From: Macrostomum lignano | Lineage: Eukaryota | Length of the DNA stretch: 64,000 nt | Direction of reading: 5' to 3' | Assembly (NCBI GenBank): GCA_002269645.1 | Contig: NIVC01001509.1 | Span: 62,001 to 126,000, forward strand | Shown: piece by piece, positions 37,201-56,191 of the stretch | How the letters are laid out: each line of letters starts with the position of its first letter | Numbering within the stretch: the stretch's first letter is position 1 | Notes under the pieces: model-generated | What the model saw: the letters and a program-made list of their open reading frames with translations, nothing else | Told to the model about the DNA's origin: nothing | Database searches by the model: none | Made by a program: the position numbers and the translations under genes

Positions 37201-40200
37201 CAAGCTTTATGCGCTAACGGAAACAAGAGTATTGCCCAATAACTGTGATATCAAAAAAGAGCCCTCTGTAAAATTCTATCTTGAAAAGATTATTCAAAAA
37301 CGAGTAAATAAAGCTTAATAGTATACAAATTGTAAAGAGTTGAAAAAGATATGCAACATCACAACAGTGAGCAAAAATGGTGTCTGTATTAGTGTCTGTA
37401 TTAGTGCCTGTATTAGTGCCTGCATTAGTGCCTGTATTAGTGCCTGTATTAGTGCCTGTATTAGTGCCTGTATTAGTGTCTGTATTAGTGCCTGTATTAG
37501 TGTCTGTATTAGTGCCTGTATTAGTGTCTGTATTAGTGCCTGCATTAGTGCCTGTATTAGTGCCTGTATTAGTGTCTGTATTAGTGCCTGTATTAGTGCC
37601 TGTATTAGTGTCTGTATTAGTGCCTGTATTAGTGTCTGTATTAGTGCCTGTATTAGTGTCTGTATTAGTGCCTGTATTAGTGTCTGCATTAGTGCCTGTA
37701 TTAGTGCCTGCATTAGTGCCTGTATTAGTGCCTGTATTAGTGCCTGTATTAGTGCCTGTATTAGTGTCTGTATTAGTGCCTGTATTAGTGTCTGTATTAG
37801 TGCCTGCATTAGTGCCTGTATTAGTGCCTGTATTAGTGTCTGTATTAGTGCCTGTATTAGTGCCTGTATTAGTGTCTGTATTAGTGCCTGTATTAGTGTC
37901 TGTATTAGTGTCTGTATTAGTGTCTGTATTAGTGCCTGTATTAGTGCCTGTATTAGTGCCTGCATTAGTGCCTGTATTAGTGCCTGTATTAGTGTCTGTA
38001 TTAGTGCCTGTATTAGTGCCTGTATTAGTGTCTGTATTAGTGCCTGTATTAGTGTCTGTATTAGTGCCTGTATTAGTGTCTGTATTAGTGCCTGTATTAG
38101 TGCCTGTATTAGTGCCTGCATTAGTGCCTGTATTAGTGCCTGTATTAGTGCCTGTATTAGTGCCTGTATTAGTGTCTGTATTAGTGCCTGCATTAGTGTC
38201 TGTATTAGTGCCTGTATTAGTGCCTGTATTAGTGCCTGTATTAGTGCCTGTATTAGTGTCTGTATTAGTGTCTGTATTAGTGTCTGTATTAGTGCCTGTA
38301 TTAGTGCCTGTATTAGTGCCTGCATTAGTGCCTGTATTAGTGCCTGTATTAGTGCCTGTATTAGTGTCTGTATTAGTGTCTGTATTAGTGTCTGTATTAG
38401 TGCCTGTATTAGTGCCTGCATTAGTGCCTGTATTAGTGCCTGTATTAGTGCCTGTATTAGTGTCTGTATTAGTGCCTGTATTAGTGCCTGTATTAGTGCC
38501 TGCATTAGTGCCTGTATTAGTGCCTGTATTAGTGCCTGCATTAGTGCCTGTATTAGTGCCTGTATTAGTGCCTGTATTAGTGCCTGCATTAGTGCCTGTA
38601 TTAGTGCCTGCATTAGTGCCTGTATTAGTGCCTGTATTAGTGCCTGTATTAGTGCCTGTATTAGTGTCTGTATTAGTGTCTGTATTAGTGTCTGTATTAG
38701 TGTCTGTATTAGTGCCTGTATTAGTGTCTGTATTAGTGTCTGTATTAATGCCTGTATTAGTGTCTGTATTAGTGTCTGTATTAGTGCCTGTATTAGTGCC
38801 TGTATTAGTGTCTGTATTAGTGTCTGTATTAGTGTCTGTATTAGTGTCTGTATTAGTGTCTGTATTAGTGTCTGTATTAGTGCCTGTATTAATGCCTGTA
38901 TTAGTGTCTGTATTAATGCCTGTATTAGTGCCTGTATTAGTGTCTGTATTAGTGCCTGTATTAGTGTCTGTATTAGTGCCTGTATTAGTGTCTGTATTAG
39001 TGTCTGTATTAGTGTCTGTATTAGTCTCTTTATTAATGCCTGTATTAGTGTCTGTATTAGTGTCTGTATTAGTGCCTGTATTAGTGTCTGTATTAGTGCC
39101 TGTATTAGTGTCTGTATTAGTGTCTGTATTAGTGCCTGTATTAGTGTCTGTATTAGTGTCTGTATTAGTGCCTGTATTAGTGTCTGTATTAGTGCCTGTA
39201 TTATTGCCTGTATTAGTGTCTGTATTAGTGTCTGTATTAGTGTCTGTATTAGTGTCTGTATTAGTGTCTGTATTAGTGTCTGTATTAGTGTCTGTATTAG
39301 TGTCTGTATTAGTGTCTGTATTAGTGTCTGTATTAGTGTCTGTATTAGTCTCTTTATTAATGCCTGTATTAGTGTCTGTATTAGTGTCTGTATTAGTGCC
39401 TGTATTAGTGTCTGTATTAGTGCCTGTATTAGTGTCTGTATTAGTGTCTGTATTAGTGTCTGTATTAGTGCCTGTATTAGTGTCTGTATTAGTGTCTGTA
39501 TTAGTGTCTGTATTAGTGTCTGTATTAGTGCCTGTATAGTGCCTGTATTAGTGCCTGTATTAGTGCCTGCATTAGTGCCTGTATTAGTGCCTGTATTAGT
39601 GTCTGTATTAGTGCCTGTATTAGTGTCTGTATTAGTGCCTGTATTAGTGCCTGTATTAGTGTCTGTATTAGTGCCTGTATTAGTGCCTGTATTAGTGCCT
39701 GTATTAGTGCCTGTATTAGTGCCTGTATTAGTGCCTGCATTAGTGCCTGTATTAGTGCCTGTATTAGTGTCTGTATTAGTGCCTGTATTAGTGCCTGTAT
39801 TAGTGTCTGTATTAGTGCCTGTATTAGTGCCTGTATTAGTGCCTGTATTAGTGCCTGTATTAGTGCCTGTATTAGTGCCTGCATTAGTGTCTGTATTAGT
39901 GCCTGTATTAGTGTCTGTATTAATGCCTGTATTAGTGTCTGTATTAATGCCTGTATTAGTGTCTGTATTAATGCCTGTATTAGTGTCTGTATTAGTGCCT
40001 GTATTAGTGTCTGTATTAGTGCCTGTATTAGTGCCTGTATTAGTGCCTGTATTAGTGTCTGTATTAGTGTCTGTATTAGTGCCTGTATTAGTGCCTGTAT
40101 TAGTGTCTGTATTAGTGCCTGTATTAGTGCCTGTATAGAGTTACAGGCAAAACCGCTCACTCTGAATTAGTTTTACACTGTATTAAAATATTGGCAATAC

Positions 40201-40450
40201 GGGCTCGTAGGCTCTAGCATAACAAAAAACACAAAGCAATTAATTGGCAGAAATTACAGTAGCAATGTCATATACTTGTACATAAATAGCAGCTAATTAA
40301 CGGAACTTCCACGGAATTTCCATGCACACACGCCACACTCTTGCTCACCGCCTCTAAAGTCTGCTGAATGCACTGCTCGCTAAATTCTGGATACTCGGCT
40401 CGGAGCTGACGCTCAGAGCTCTGCCTGTCTGTCTGATGACGTTGCGTCAT
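34201..40450 (-). CDS. TAB2: TAB2/TAB3-like adaptor, 4 exons (40450-40349, 35930-35684, 35409-34975, 34412-34201), 331 aa
   Basis: Junction phases 0,1,1 are consistent and total 996 nt. The spliced CUE domain reads RQLRAEYPEFSEQCIQQTLEA|HEFSLSRCREALNQL. Coiled coil LLNDIRQLNRQWATLNSSRG. C-terminal NZF WHCQCCTFANHPDLLECEMCSAER has the TAB2/3-type CTFxNHPxL..CExC pattern. Confidence 0.75.
34497..34854 (+). mobile_element. tRNA-headed SINE, apparently full length, in the TAB2-like last intron
   Basis: A box TAGCCCAGTGG (34503-34513), B-box-like GGCTCGATTCC (34547-34557), A-rich tail; body shared with the copies at 35491 and 56826. Confidence 0.7.
35491..35638 (+). mobile_element. Degenerate, internally deleted SINE copy
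   Basis: Head ggcggagcagctcagcggt matches the 57039 copy; gtcacattaatt, tcgtgcaa..aacaccc and cctgtgtgag match the 34497 copy. Confidence 0.55.
36062..36660. repeat. 34 bp minisatellite (gacacaggtgaatacagcaactggagtcctagct), TAB2-like intron 1
   Basis: Period 34, about 17 near-identical copies, no spacers. Confidence 0.97.
37380..40137. repeat. 12 bp minisatellite (gtattagtg[c/t]ct), ~230 copies, TAB2-like intron 1
   Basis: Direct periodicity; source of the 932/720/432 aa artefact ORFs. Confidence 0.98.
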
Positions 40451-40669
40451 CTGCAGGTTGTTGGAGGCTGGCACAGACAGTTGTGGTCAGTAAGGGGCAG
40501 AAATAGGCGGTGCAGCTTAATAATGGAATTCGATCCAAATAGTTTTTTTTAGTAATCTTTGTCTTTATCTAGGAATACTAAAAAGGTTTATGGCTTGGGT
40601 CGGTGGTTTCATAAGCCCCAAAAGTAATAAACATCGTCTAAAAGTTTAAGCATCCATTTTCAAATAGGA

Positions 40670-42566
40670 CTAGATGTTAGCGTCACAGACTAGATTTTAG
40701 CATCACAGACTAGATTTTAACGCCACAGACTAGATTTTAGCGTCACAGACTAGATTTTAGCGTCACAGACTAGATTTTAGCGTCACAGACTACATTTTAG
40801 CGTCACAGCCTAGATTTTAGCGCCACAGTCTAGATTTTAGCGCCACAGACTAGATTTTAGCGCCAAAGCCTAGATTTTAGCGCCAAAGCCTAGATTTTAG
40901 CGCCACAGACTACATTTTAGCGCCACAGACTAGATCTTAGCGTCACAGACTAGATCTTAGCGTCACAGACTAGATCTTAGCGTCGCAGACTAGATTTTAG
41001 CGTCACAGACTAGATTTTAGCGTCACAGACTAGATTTTAGCGTCACAGACTAGATTTTAGCGTCACAGACTAGATCTTAGCGTCACAGACTAGATTTTAG
41101 CGTCACAGACTAGATTTTAGCGTCACAGACTAGATTTTAGCGTCACAGACTAGATTTTAGCGTCACAGACTAGATCTTAGCGTCACAGACTAGATTTTAG
41201 CGTCACAGACTAGATTTTAGCGTCACAGACTAGATTTTAGCGTCACAGACTAGATTTTAGCGTCACAGACTAGATTTTAGCGTCACAGACTAGATCTTAG
41301 CGTCACAGACTAGATCTTAGCGCCACAGACTACATTTTAGCGCCACAGACTAGATCTTAGCGTCACAGACTAGATCTTAGCGTCACAGACTAGATTTTAG
41401 CGTCACAGACTAGATCTTAGCGCCACAGACTAGATTTTAGCGTCACAGACTAGATTTTAGCGTCACAGACTAGATCTTAGCGTCACAGACTAGATCTTAG
41501 CGCCACAGAATTGATTTTAGCGTCACAGACAAGATTTTAGCGCCGCAGACTAGATTTTAGCGTCACAGACTAGATTTTAGCGTCACAGACTAGATTTTAG
41601 CGTCACAGACTAGATGTTAGCGTCACAGACTAGATCTTAGCGTCACAGACTAGATTTTAGCGTCACAGACTAGATTTTAGCGTCACAGACTAGATCTTAG
41701 CGTCACAGACTAGATTTTAGCGTCACAGACTAGATGTTAGCGCCACAGACTAGATTTTAGCGTCACAGACTAGATTTTAGCGTCACAGACTAGATTTTAG
41801 CGCCACAGACTAGATTTTAGCGTCACAGACTAGATTTTAGCGTCGCAGACTAGATTTTAGCGCCACAGACTAGATTTTAGCGCCACAGACTAGATGTTAG
41901 CGTCGCAGACTAGATGTTAGCGCCACAGACTAGATTTTAGCGCCACAGACTAGATGTTAGCGTCGCAGACTAGATGTTAGCGCCACAGACTAGATTTTAG
42001 CGCCACAGACTAGATGTTAGCGTCGCAGACTAGATTTTAGCGTCACAGACTAGATTTTAGCGTCACAGACTAGATTTTAGCGCCACAGACTAGATTTTAG
42101 CGCCACAGACTAGATTTTAGCGTCGCAGACTAGATTTTAGCGTCGCAGACTAGATTTTAGCGCCACAGACTAGATTTTAGCGTCGCAGACTAGATTTTAG
42201 CGTCACAGACTAGATGTTAGCGCCACAGACTAGATGTTAGCGCCACAGACTAGATTTTAGCGTCACAGACTAGATTTTAGCGTCACAGACTAGATTTTAG
42301 CGTCACAGAATTGATTTTATCGTCACAGACTAGATCTTAGCGTCACAAACTAAATTTTAGCGTCACAGACTAGATTTTAGCGTCACAGACTAGATTTTAG
42401 CGTCACAGACAAGATGTTAGCGTCACAGACTAGATGTTAGCGCCACAGACTAGATTTTAGCGTCACAGACTAGATTTTAGCGCTACAGACTAGATTTTAG
42501 CGCCACAGACTAGATGTTAGCGCCACAGACTAGATTTTAGCGTCGCAGACTAGATTTTAGCGTCAC
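40670..42566. repeat. 20 bp minisatellite (tagcgtcacagactagattt), ~95 copies, between the TAB2-like and RhoGAP coding regions
   Basis: Direct periodicity. Confidence 0.98.
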
Positions 42567-43658
42567 TATAATGCAGTTGTAGAGTGGACTCTAAACTATG
42601 AACAGCAGATTTATGGTGCTAAATAGGCCTAGAAAAGAAAAAAATACAGAAAATAAACTTTAAATATCCAGTTGAGACAAGCGGCTCTGATAAAATATTT
42701 GGTACATAATTTATTTGTTTTAATTAACTGTACAGTATTAATAATGTCAGTCGTATAGTCTGTTTTCCGTCACAATGGAAGATAAGCACAAGAGGATTAG
42801 GAGGAATGCAAAACAGAGGCCTCGGCCTTCATTATACTTAATAAAATTGAGCTTCTGTACACTTTGAATTGGTTTTTTTAAAAATGCCCCTAGCTCTTAA
42901 TCAGAAGAACTTGAACTCAGCAAGCTATGTTTTAAAATAGTAAAAAGTTCATATAAACAGGAAGCGATTCGGTTTGAATATACACATAAATTTAGTAGTG
43001 GAAGCATGCCCAGCGTCTGTACTTGACTACTGAAAATGCCATGAATCCGGTTAAGCACCAAGCGACTTTTAAGTTAATAGTCAGAAGCAATTAAATCTAC
43101 GAGATTTGTCATCAGACTTCTAAGTTGAATTACACAAAGCAGGTTTGTGCCATAGACATAGTTGTAGTGTCAAAACCGAGATCCAAGAATGTCTATGGTA
43201 AAAAGACCATCGACATTTTAGGCTGTCTATGGTAAATTCTCTCACTCGCTATCTACGACTCTAATAAGTATTGGCTGGTTCAGAATTTTTTTGTCTATTT
43301 ACACAAGACTGAAGATTTTACTAAATCGCAGAGCAATTACTTAGTCTTAAGATTCTGGCTCAAGAACTCGATACGCTAAAGCCATAGACCTCATTATACA
43401 CTCTAAATAGGCCACTTTGTGCTGAAAAAAGATAGCAAAAAATGTGGATATTCGATGGCGCACAAAAATTACTAACTCGTGTAATGCGAGACAATTCCGG
43501 GTTAAGCAAACAATTGAGAATATTTTGGCCTCAACGCTCTGTTGAAGATAATGTAGACTGGGTGTTAGAGTTCAGCAGAATGTCTATGGTAGAAGTCTGT
43601 TCAGATTCGTTGATGGCTAGAGAATCGAGCTGAAAGCTTCATAGGCTCAATTAAGGCC

Positions 43659-48427
<4,769 letters not shown>

Positions 48428-51039
48428 TTCTGTTCTTTTGCAGCGCCGAACCACTTCTGGCTGAAGATTCGGATTTTCTGGGTTAATAATCTTTGTTTGA
48501 AATTTAAATACAAACTTATGAAATCATTTTTTGCTATATTTGTGCTACTTCGTACTCAACCATTAAGTGTCAGATTTGATTTCAGATCAGATAAACCATA
48601 TAACTTACAATATACGGTATATAATTTAATACATAGAGCTTGAAGATAATGGAAAGAAATTGTTGCATTATAATATAGACAAAATCAGGATAAAAAGCTG
48701 TTACATTAAAGTTAAAAGATTCTGTTTCTACGAGCGTCGATAACTTGTTGGAGCCATACTGTAATAAAAACAATTAGTAATCTGAGCTAAATAACTAAAT
48801 GGTTTATAATAAGGACATATCATATAAATAGCAACGTTTAAAAGAGATGCTATTTATTATATACAAAATTAAATTTTAACCTATTTATATTTCTCTGTGA
48901 AAAAACAACAATGATACCTCTCATACCCTTAACTTGCTATAGGTTTTAATTAAAAAAATATGATGAATTAATTTGAATATTAAAAAGAATAGGCCTAGAG
49001 CATCATAGTTTACAGTTAAAGATCAGAATTTCAGGTAGAACCTATTTTATAGTAATTTAAATCCGATTTTCAACAACACTTTGTATTTCTGTCATTCTGC
49101 TTCAACTCATTAAAAGTACTATTACTAATAAAAGTTCAAACTAAGAAAATTAAATAAATAAAAATGAAGAAGCAGCTAGTCGATACATTTTGTGAACATT
49201 TAAGAGAGCGTTTACAGCCTTTACAGAATTACAGGCAGGTGCTTACTGTAGATATTTTCATCTACTTGTCAAGTTCGGTGATCAAAAGCACGCAGTATCC
49301 ATGGCTTATGCTCAAATAATTTATTTCTTAGAATGATGGATCTCTGATAAATAGTGAGTTAAACGCAACTACTAATAAATAATATTATAGGTAATTTAGT
49401 GCATTTTCACCATTTTTAAGTGGTAACACTTAGCTATAAACAAGTACGTTACTATAAGCTGACTGACTACTCTCAATAAAAAAAGCAACAATGTTTTCCG
49501 TTTGAATTGCTTCGTAAGTTGTTTATACTTGTTTCACTTGCTTGATCTTTTATTTTCGCAAAATTCATTATGAGAAAACTTTTTTAACACTCCTACATAA
49601 TGTTTTATTGTTTTTTGCATTATTTACAGTGACTATTTTTATATATTTGTTTTAACTATTACTTGGCGGTCGCCACCAATTAGCTCCAACCAAGGACCAC
49701 TGTATATAATTGTAATATACAGTTGTCTTTGCTCCCCACAAAATACTTTTTATAAACGAAGACTACTACCCGACTATACATGTATATGCCACTTGCAAAT
49801 AAAAACGAGGGGATGAGCGACGAAAAATCTTACTAATTGACGTATTGTTTGATCGAGTAATTGCTACCCCCCCTTGAGGCGGGAAAAACAAAATGTTGTG
49901 CTATTGGATTATACGACAAATGCACATTCTCTTTTTGTGCCACACATGTCAATTAATCAATTGATTCCGTCAATTAATTATTAGTGCGTGCAACACAAAT
50001 TTTAACAACAAAAGATCATATACATGTATATATACTCAGCGTTAGCGTGGTTGCTATGCAGCAATTTTTATAGGGGATGACCCAAAGATCATATAAGATC
50101 TATGGGATGACCCCAGTGGGGGTATACAGTGCCTCTTGCCTTTTTTGGATAAATTGTAAGGGGGACCAAACGAGTCTGTCTCCTTATCAGCTCTATTTCC
50201 AAGTTGTCTCACTTGTCTCACATCTCCAAGTTTCGTCCATCACTCTTAATTAGGATTTCAATACACATATTCAATTACATGTAACTTGCTTTTATTACGG
50301 TTAAATAATAGGAGTCATTTTGATCAACCCAACATTCGGTAAAAGGGACAAAGGGCCGGGGCGCTAAAGACTTCCCATTGGCTATCAAAAGTATATTGCT
50401 AGCAGTATTGCTACTCGTAAAGCCCCTGGTGCTTGTGCACTCTTCAAGTGTTTCTGATTGCGCTGCTCAGCTTCAGTGGATATAATAGCTGCTCTGTAAA
50501 CAAATTTATTTATGCAAAAACTCGGAACCCTTTCGAAGGCAAAGACGGGAGAAGCAGAAGAGGAGGAGCAAGGCAGGGGAAGCGAGCGCGCTGCAGCTGG
50601 GGAAATGCGAAGCAACCGAAAGTACAGCTATAAGGCCGAGAATTATCGATTGGCCGGGATAGTAGACGAGGGACGTGCAGCAGAGGATCGGGGAGGCGAA
50701 TGAGGAGGAGGGGCTGAGAGGAAAATATCCCCCAATTCTCTCTCTCCCTTTCTATCTGGCTGTGGCCCCGATCGCAGTACAGCGGATGACTAGCCTGACT
50801 GCTGCTCCAGACTGGGGTATCCCCTCTCTCTCTCTCTCTCGCTTCTCAGTGAATAGTCGAGAGGCCTGCAATTTAGCGAACTATTTGGGAGGGCTGGCCG
50901 AACCAAGCGTAGCCGAGAGTTGCTGCTTTTTCTTCATTTCCTGTCCAAACTTTGGCCCCTATTCCTGAAAAAGAAAGTTGACTGCGCCAGTCTTAGAGAC
51001 GCCAGCAACCGTCTAGACTAATAGAGATAAATCTTCTGA

Positions 51040-51378
<339 letters not shown>

Positions 51379-51664
51379 AGTTTGTTTTCTTAGGAATTTG
51401 TTCAGAATCTCTGATCTCAGCTTGGTATTGGCATTATTATTCCATTAAACCATGCTCTCTAGCATGCTGCCATTGTTGAATTTGAGCAGAACAATTGAAA
51501 AAATTATATAAACAGTTCCTTTTTTGGGCATATTACACACAGATTCCCCTTACAAGACCGACATTTGGGCATGCTTAGATACAAATGATCCCTCGTCTTT
51601 TACTCTGCTCTCATTTTTCCAAATTTACAAACTTTTCGAGCAATTGATTACCAGAGCGTGAAAA

Positions 51665-52270
51665 AAGTCGTATTTCCAAGAAATCACACATTTCTTCTCA
51701 ATCAATTAGCACAGCGTTAAAATAAGTCGTATTTCCAAGAAATCACACATTTCTTCTCAATCAATTAGCACAGCGTTAAAATAAGTCGTATTTCCAAGAA
51801 ATCACACATTTCTTCTCAATCAATTAGCACAGCGTTAAAATAAGTCGTATTTCCAAGAAATCACACATTTCTTCTCAATCAATTAGCACAGCGTTAAAAT
51901 AAGTCGTATTTCCAAGAAATCACACATTTCTTCTCAATCAATTAGCACAGCGTTAAAATAAGTCGTATTTCCAAGAAATCACACATTTCTTCTCAATCAA
52001 TTAGCACAGCGTTAAAATAAGTCGTATTTCCAAGAAATCACACATTTCTTCTCAATCAATTAGCACAGCGTTAAAATAAGTCGTATTTCCAAGAAATCAC
52101 ACATTTCTTCTCAATCAATTAGCACAGCGTTAAAATAAGTCGTATTTCCAAGAAATCACACTTTTCTTCTCAATCAATTAGCACAGCGTTAAGATAAGTC
52201 GTATTTCCAAGAAATCACACATTTCTTCTCAATCAATTAGCACAGCGTTAAAATAAGTCGTATTTTCAAG
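51665..52270. repeat. 59 bp tandem repeat, about 10 copies
   Basis: Period 59 (51724 to 51783); near-identical units. Confidence 0.96.
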
Positions 52271-52774
52271 AAACCAGATATTCCTTCTCGATTATACTGA
52301 GTTTAACAAGCTCAAAGAACGCATTGAAATTGTAAATAAACAACTTTATACTGAATCAAAAATATATTTGTTAGTTAGTTGCTTCCTTCATTGTTATTTT
52401 GCATCGTTTTTGAGCTTTTTTTTCTTGTAGACCCAAATTTTGGTCGGTCACTGAACAAAGATTAGTAGTGTGTAATGTTTTCTTACTATATTTACTTTTC
52501 TATCTGCATCTAATTTTTGTCTAAATTATTTAATTACAACTATTTGTATACTCAACTAAGTCCATATCTCTCGACTTAGTTTGAGTGAACGATTGAAAAT
52601 ATTTAAGACTATATATTTTAAATAAAGGACGTATTAAACAGATTTTTTAACATCCAATTTAATGATAATTAGCAATTGGGGCACCGTTCACTCGCCTTTA
52701 TCGATATTTCGCTATTCGTATTGTGTCGCAAAAATCAATTTAACAGGGATTTCTTTGAAAAACTACCAAATTTG

Positions 52775-54198
52775 TGGGGGTGACTGGGACTGGATCTCGT
52801 GAACGGGTGTGGGTCACTGGGATTGGATACCGTGAACGGGTGTGGGTCACTGGGATTGGATACCGTGAACGGGTGTGGGTCATTGGGATTGGATACCGTG
52901 AACGGGTGTGGGTCATTGGGATTGGATCCCGTGAACGGGTGTGGGTCACTGGGATTGGATACCGTGGAAGGGGTGCGGGTCACTGGGATTGGATACCGTG
53001 AACGGGTGTGGGTCACAGGGATTGGATACCGTGAACGGGTGTGGGTCACTGGGATTGGATACCGTGAACGGGTGTGGGTCACTGGGATTGGATACCGTGA
53101 ACGGGTGTGGGTCACTGGGATTGGATACCGTGAACGGGTATGGGTCACAGGGATTGGATACCGTGAACGGGTGTGGGTCACAGGGATTGGATACCGTGAA
53201 CGGGTGTGGGTCACAGGGATTGGATACCGTGAACGGGTGTGGGTCACTGGGATTGGATACCGTGAACGAGTGTGGGTTACAGGGATTGGATCCCGTGAAC
53301 GGGTGTGGGTCATTGGGATTGGATCCCGTGAACGGGTGTGGGTCACAGGGATTGGATCCCGTGGAAGGGGTGTGGGTCACAGGGATTGGATCCCGTGAAC
53401 GGGTGTGGGTCACTGGGATTGGATACCATGAACGGGTGTGGGTCACAGGGATTGGATCCCGTGAACGGGTGTGGGTCACTGGGATTGGATACCGTGAACG
53501 GGTGTGGGTCACAGGGATTGGATACCGTGAACGGGTGTGGGTCACAGGGATTGGATACCGTGAACGGGTGTGGGTCACTAGGATTGGATACTGTGAACGG
53601 GTGTGGGTCACATGGATTGGATCCCGTGAACGGGTGTGGGTCACTAGGATTGGATACTGTGAACGGGTGTGGGTCACATGGATTGGATCCCGTGAACGGG
53701 TGTGGGTCACTAGGATTGGATACTGTGAACGGGTGTGGGTCACAGGGATTGGATCCCGTGAACGGGTGTGGGTCACTGGGATTGGATACCGTGAACGGGT
53801 GTGGGTCACAGGGATTGGATACCGTGAACGGGTGTGGGTCACAGGGATTGGATACCGTGAACGGGTGTGGGTCACTAGGATTGGATACTGTGAACGGGTG
53901 TGGGTCACATGGATTGGATCCCGTGAACGGGTGTGGGTCACTAGGATTGGATACTGTGAACGGGTGTGGGTCACTGGGATTGGATCCCGTGAACGGGTGT
54001 GGGTCACTAGGATTGGATACTGTGAACGGGTGTGGGTCACAGGGATTGGATCCCGTGGAAGGGGTGTGGGTCACAGGGATTGGATCCCGTGGAAGGGGTG
54101 TGGGTCACAGGGATTGGATACCGTGAACGGGTGTGGGTCACTAGGATTGGATACTGTGAACGGGTGTGGGTCACAGGGATTGGATCCCGTGGAAGGGG
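52775..54198. repeat. 33 bp G-rich minisatellite (gggtgtgggtcactgggattggataccgtgaac)
   Basis: Direct periodicity; all ORFs here are 11-aa repeats. Confidence 0.97.
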
Positions 54199-54662
54199 TG
54201 TATGCTTCGACAAAACAAAACACAAAGCTTTGTCGAAAAAGTAAAATTGAAAACTATTTTTTTAAACCGAAGTAGGTTAGCTCAGAGCCAATATTGCACA
54301 GCAATTGTATTCTACAGTTGATCCCACCAGCACCAACTTTTGTTAATTATATTGTTGGTGAAGCAATTAGTTTGAAACCAGCTTTCCTAACGATTTAGGT
54401 ATTGAAGAAAAATTAATTTATTACTTTTCCTACATTTATGGAATCGATTCTGCATTACATGTAGACGTCGGACTATGCACTAAAATGATTAAATTACGGT
54501 AGAGATATGCGCTTTTGCTACTTGTTTATAGCGAGACTATTTATAAGTAGCTTTACAGAATATAGCTAGAATATTTTATTTTGAAACAATAAACGATAAT
54601 CAATTTCTAGCCAACTCAGTCTAAAGTCAGAAGGTTATGGATTCGATCCCCCCCGCCCCGGG

Positions 54663-56191
54663 TCAGTCGCAGCCAGACTGCAGAGCCTCCTGCTCCTCTG
54701 CCAGCCGCTTGTGCTGCAGCAGAATCATCTTCAACTCGTCGCGGGCAATCCGGCCGTCCTTGTCGGAGTCCCACTGCTCCATGATGACATCGCGGAAGTA
54801 TAGCATCTTGGACTCGTCGTAGTCCTCGCCGGTCAGCTCCAGGAGGTCCTTCAACAGTCCGGCCAGCTCGTCTCCCTCGATCTGGCCGCTCCTGTCCGTG
54901 TCGTATTTGCGGAACAGCCGGTCGATCTCGGGGCCGGACAGGCGGGACGCGTTTTTCAGCAGCGGCTTGGCCAAGAAATTGTCCTTCACTGGCAGCAGGC
55001 GGGCCAGCTCGCTCAGCTGCAGCTGGCCGTCACCGTTTCTTAGAAATAATGGAATGGCGGGAATTCAAATTGTTTCAGTTTCTTCAGCTGAAGTAGTTGC
55101 TTCTCTCGGAATATATAGAAGTTCAATACTTGTGAGACTAATTAAATGCTAAACTGTAAACTTTGAAACTAGAGAATAAGCTTACTCAGAATCTATTGAA
55201 AACTCTGAGAATTTCAAATCCTCAAGATCCACAAAGTTTTAATCGGTAGAGGATCTCAAAAAAACTTAATTCTCAGAATCCGATTTCACAATTTTTTTAA
55301 AAATTGAAATTCTTGATTCTTGGAATCATAAATTATAATTTTAAAAATACAAAGTGCATACTTCTTTAAATCCGAAATTATAAATCTGTAGAATTCCAAA
55401 TATAAGACGCTTTGTATCCTCAATTCTTAAAATCTTAAATTCCACATTGTTAGAATCCTTGATTCTTAAAATCTTAAATTCCACATTGTTAGAATCCTTG
55501 ATTCTTAAAATCTTAAATTCCACATTGTTAGAATCCTTGATTCTTAAAATCTTAAATTCCACATTGTTAGAATCCTTGATTCTTAGAATCGCAAATTCCA
55601 ATTTGTTAGAATCCTTGATTCTAAGAATCACAAATTCCAAATCGTTAGAATTCCAGGCCCCTCGCACCTGTCAAACAGGCGCAGGATGGTGTCCCGGTAC
55701 TCCTTCATGCGCTCCTCGCCGACCTTGCGCTTCTCTCCCAGGATGTGCCGCAGAAAGTCGCCCAACTCGTCGGCATCGATGTGGCCGGAGCTGTCACGGT
55801 CGAACTGTCGCCAGACCCGGATGAACTCCACGCTGCTGGACAGCGGGTTGCTCCGCCGGAACAGCAGCAGGAAATTCTCCTCCGTCGGCAGCATCTGCGC
55901 CAGCTCGCCAATCTCGATTTTATTGTCCTCGTTCTCGTCGTACGCCCGCATGAACTCCTCCTTGAGGTCCTGCAGGGCGCTGTCCGACACGACCTCTTCG
56001 CCAATCCGGCCGGGAACGATGGAGCTGACGAACTCGCGCAGGAAGCTGTCCAGCTCCCGGTCCTCGATGTAGCCGCTACCATCCAGATCGTAGTGGCTCC
56101 ACACCTCCAGGAACTGGCTGGCCGTGAAGTTCTTGAAGGCGCGGGTGTCCTTGTCGCGAAATTTCTGCAGGAAGTTGCTGGCGGTGGCCAT
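54663..56191 (-). CDS. Six-EF-hand calcium-binding protein (calretinin/calbindin-32/secretagogin family), 2 exons (56191-55668, 55038-54663)
   Basis: EF loops DLDGSGYIEDRE, DENEDNKIEIGE, DRDSSGHIDADE, D|RNGDGQLQLSE (across a phase-2 junction), DTDRSGQIEGDE, DSDKDGRIARDE; linker LPTEENFLLLFR. Confidence 0.93.
55430..55650. repeat. 39 bp minisatellite in the calbindin-like intron
   Basis: tccacattgttagaatccttgattcttaaaatcttaaat, about 5 copies. Confidence 0.88.

Noticed and set aside
37315-40160. Very long ORFs (932, 720, 432, 211 aa)
   Set aside because: They are translations of a stop-free 12-bp minisatellite in several frames on both strands, inside the TAB2-like intron.
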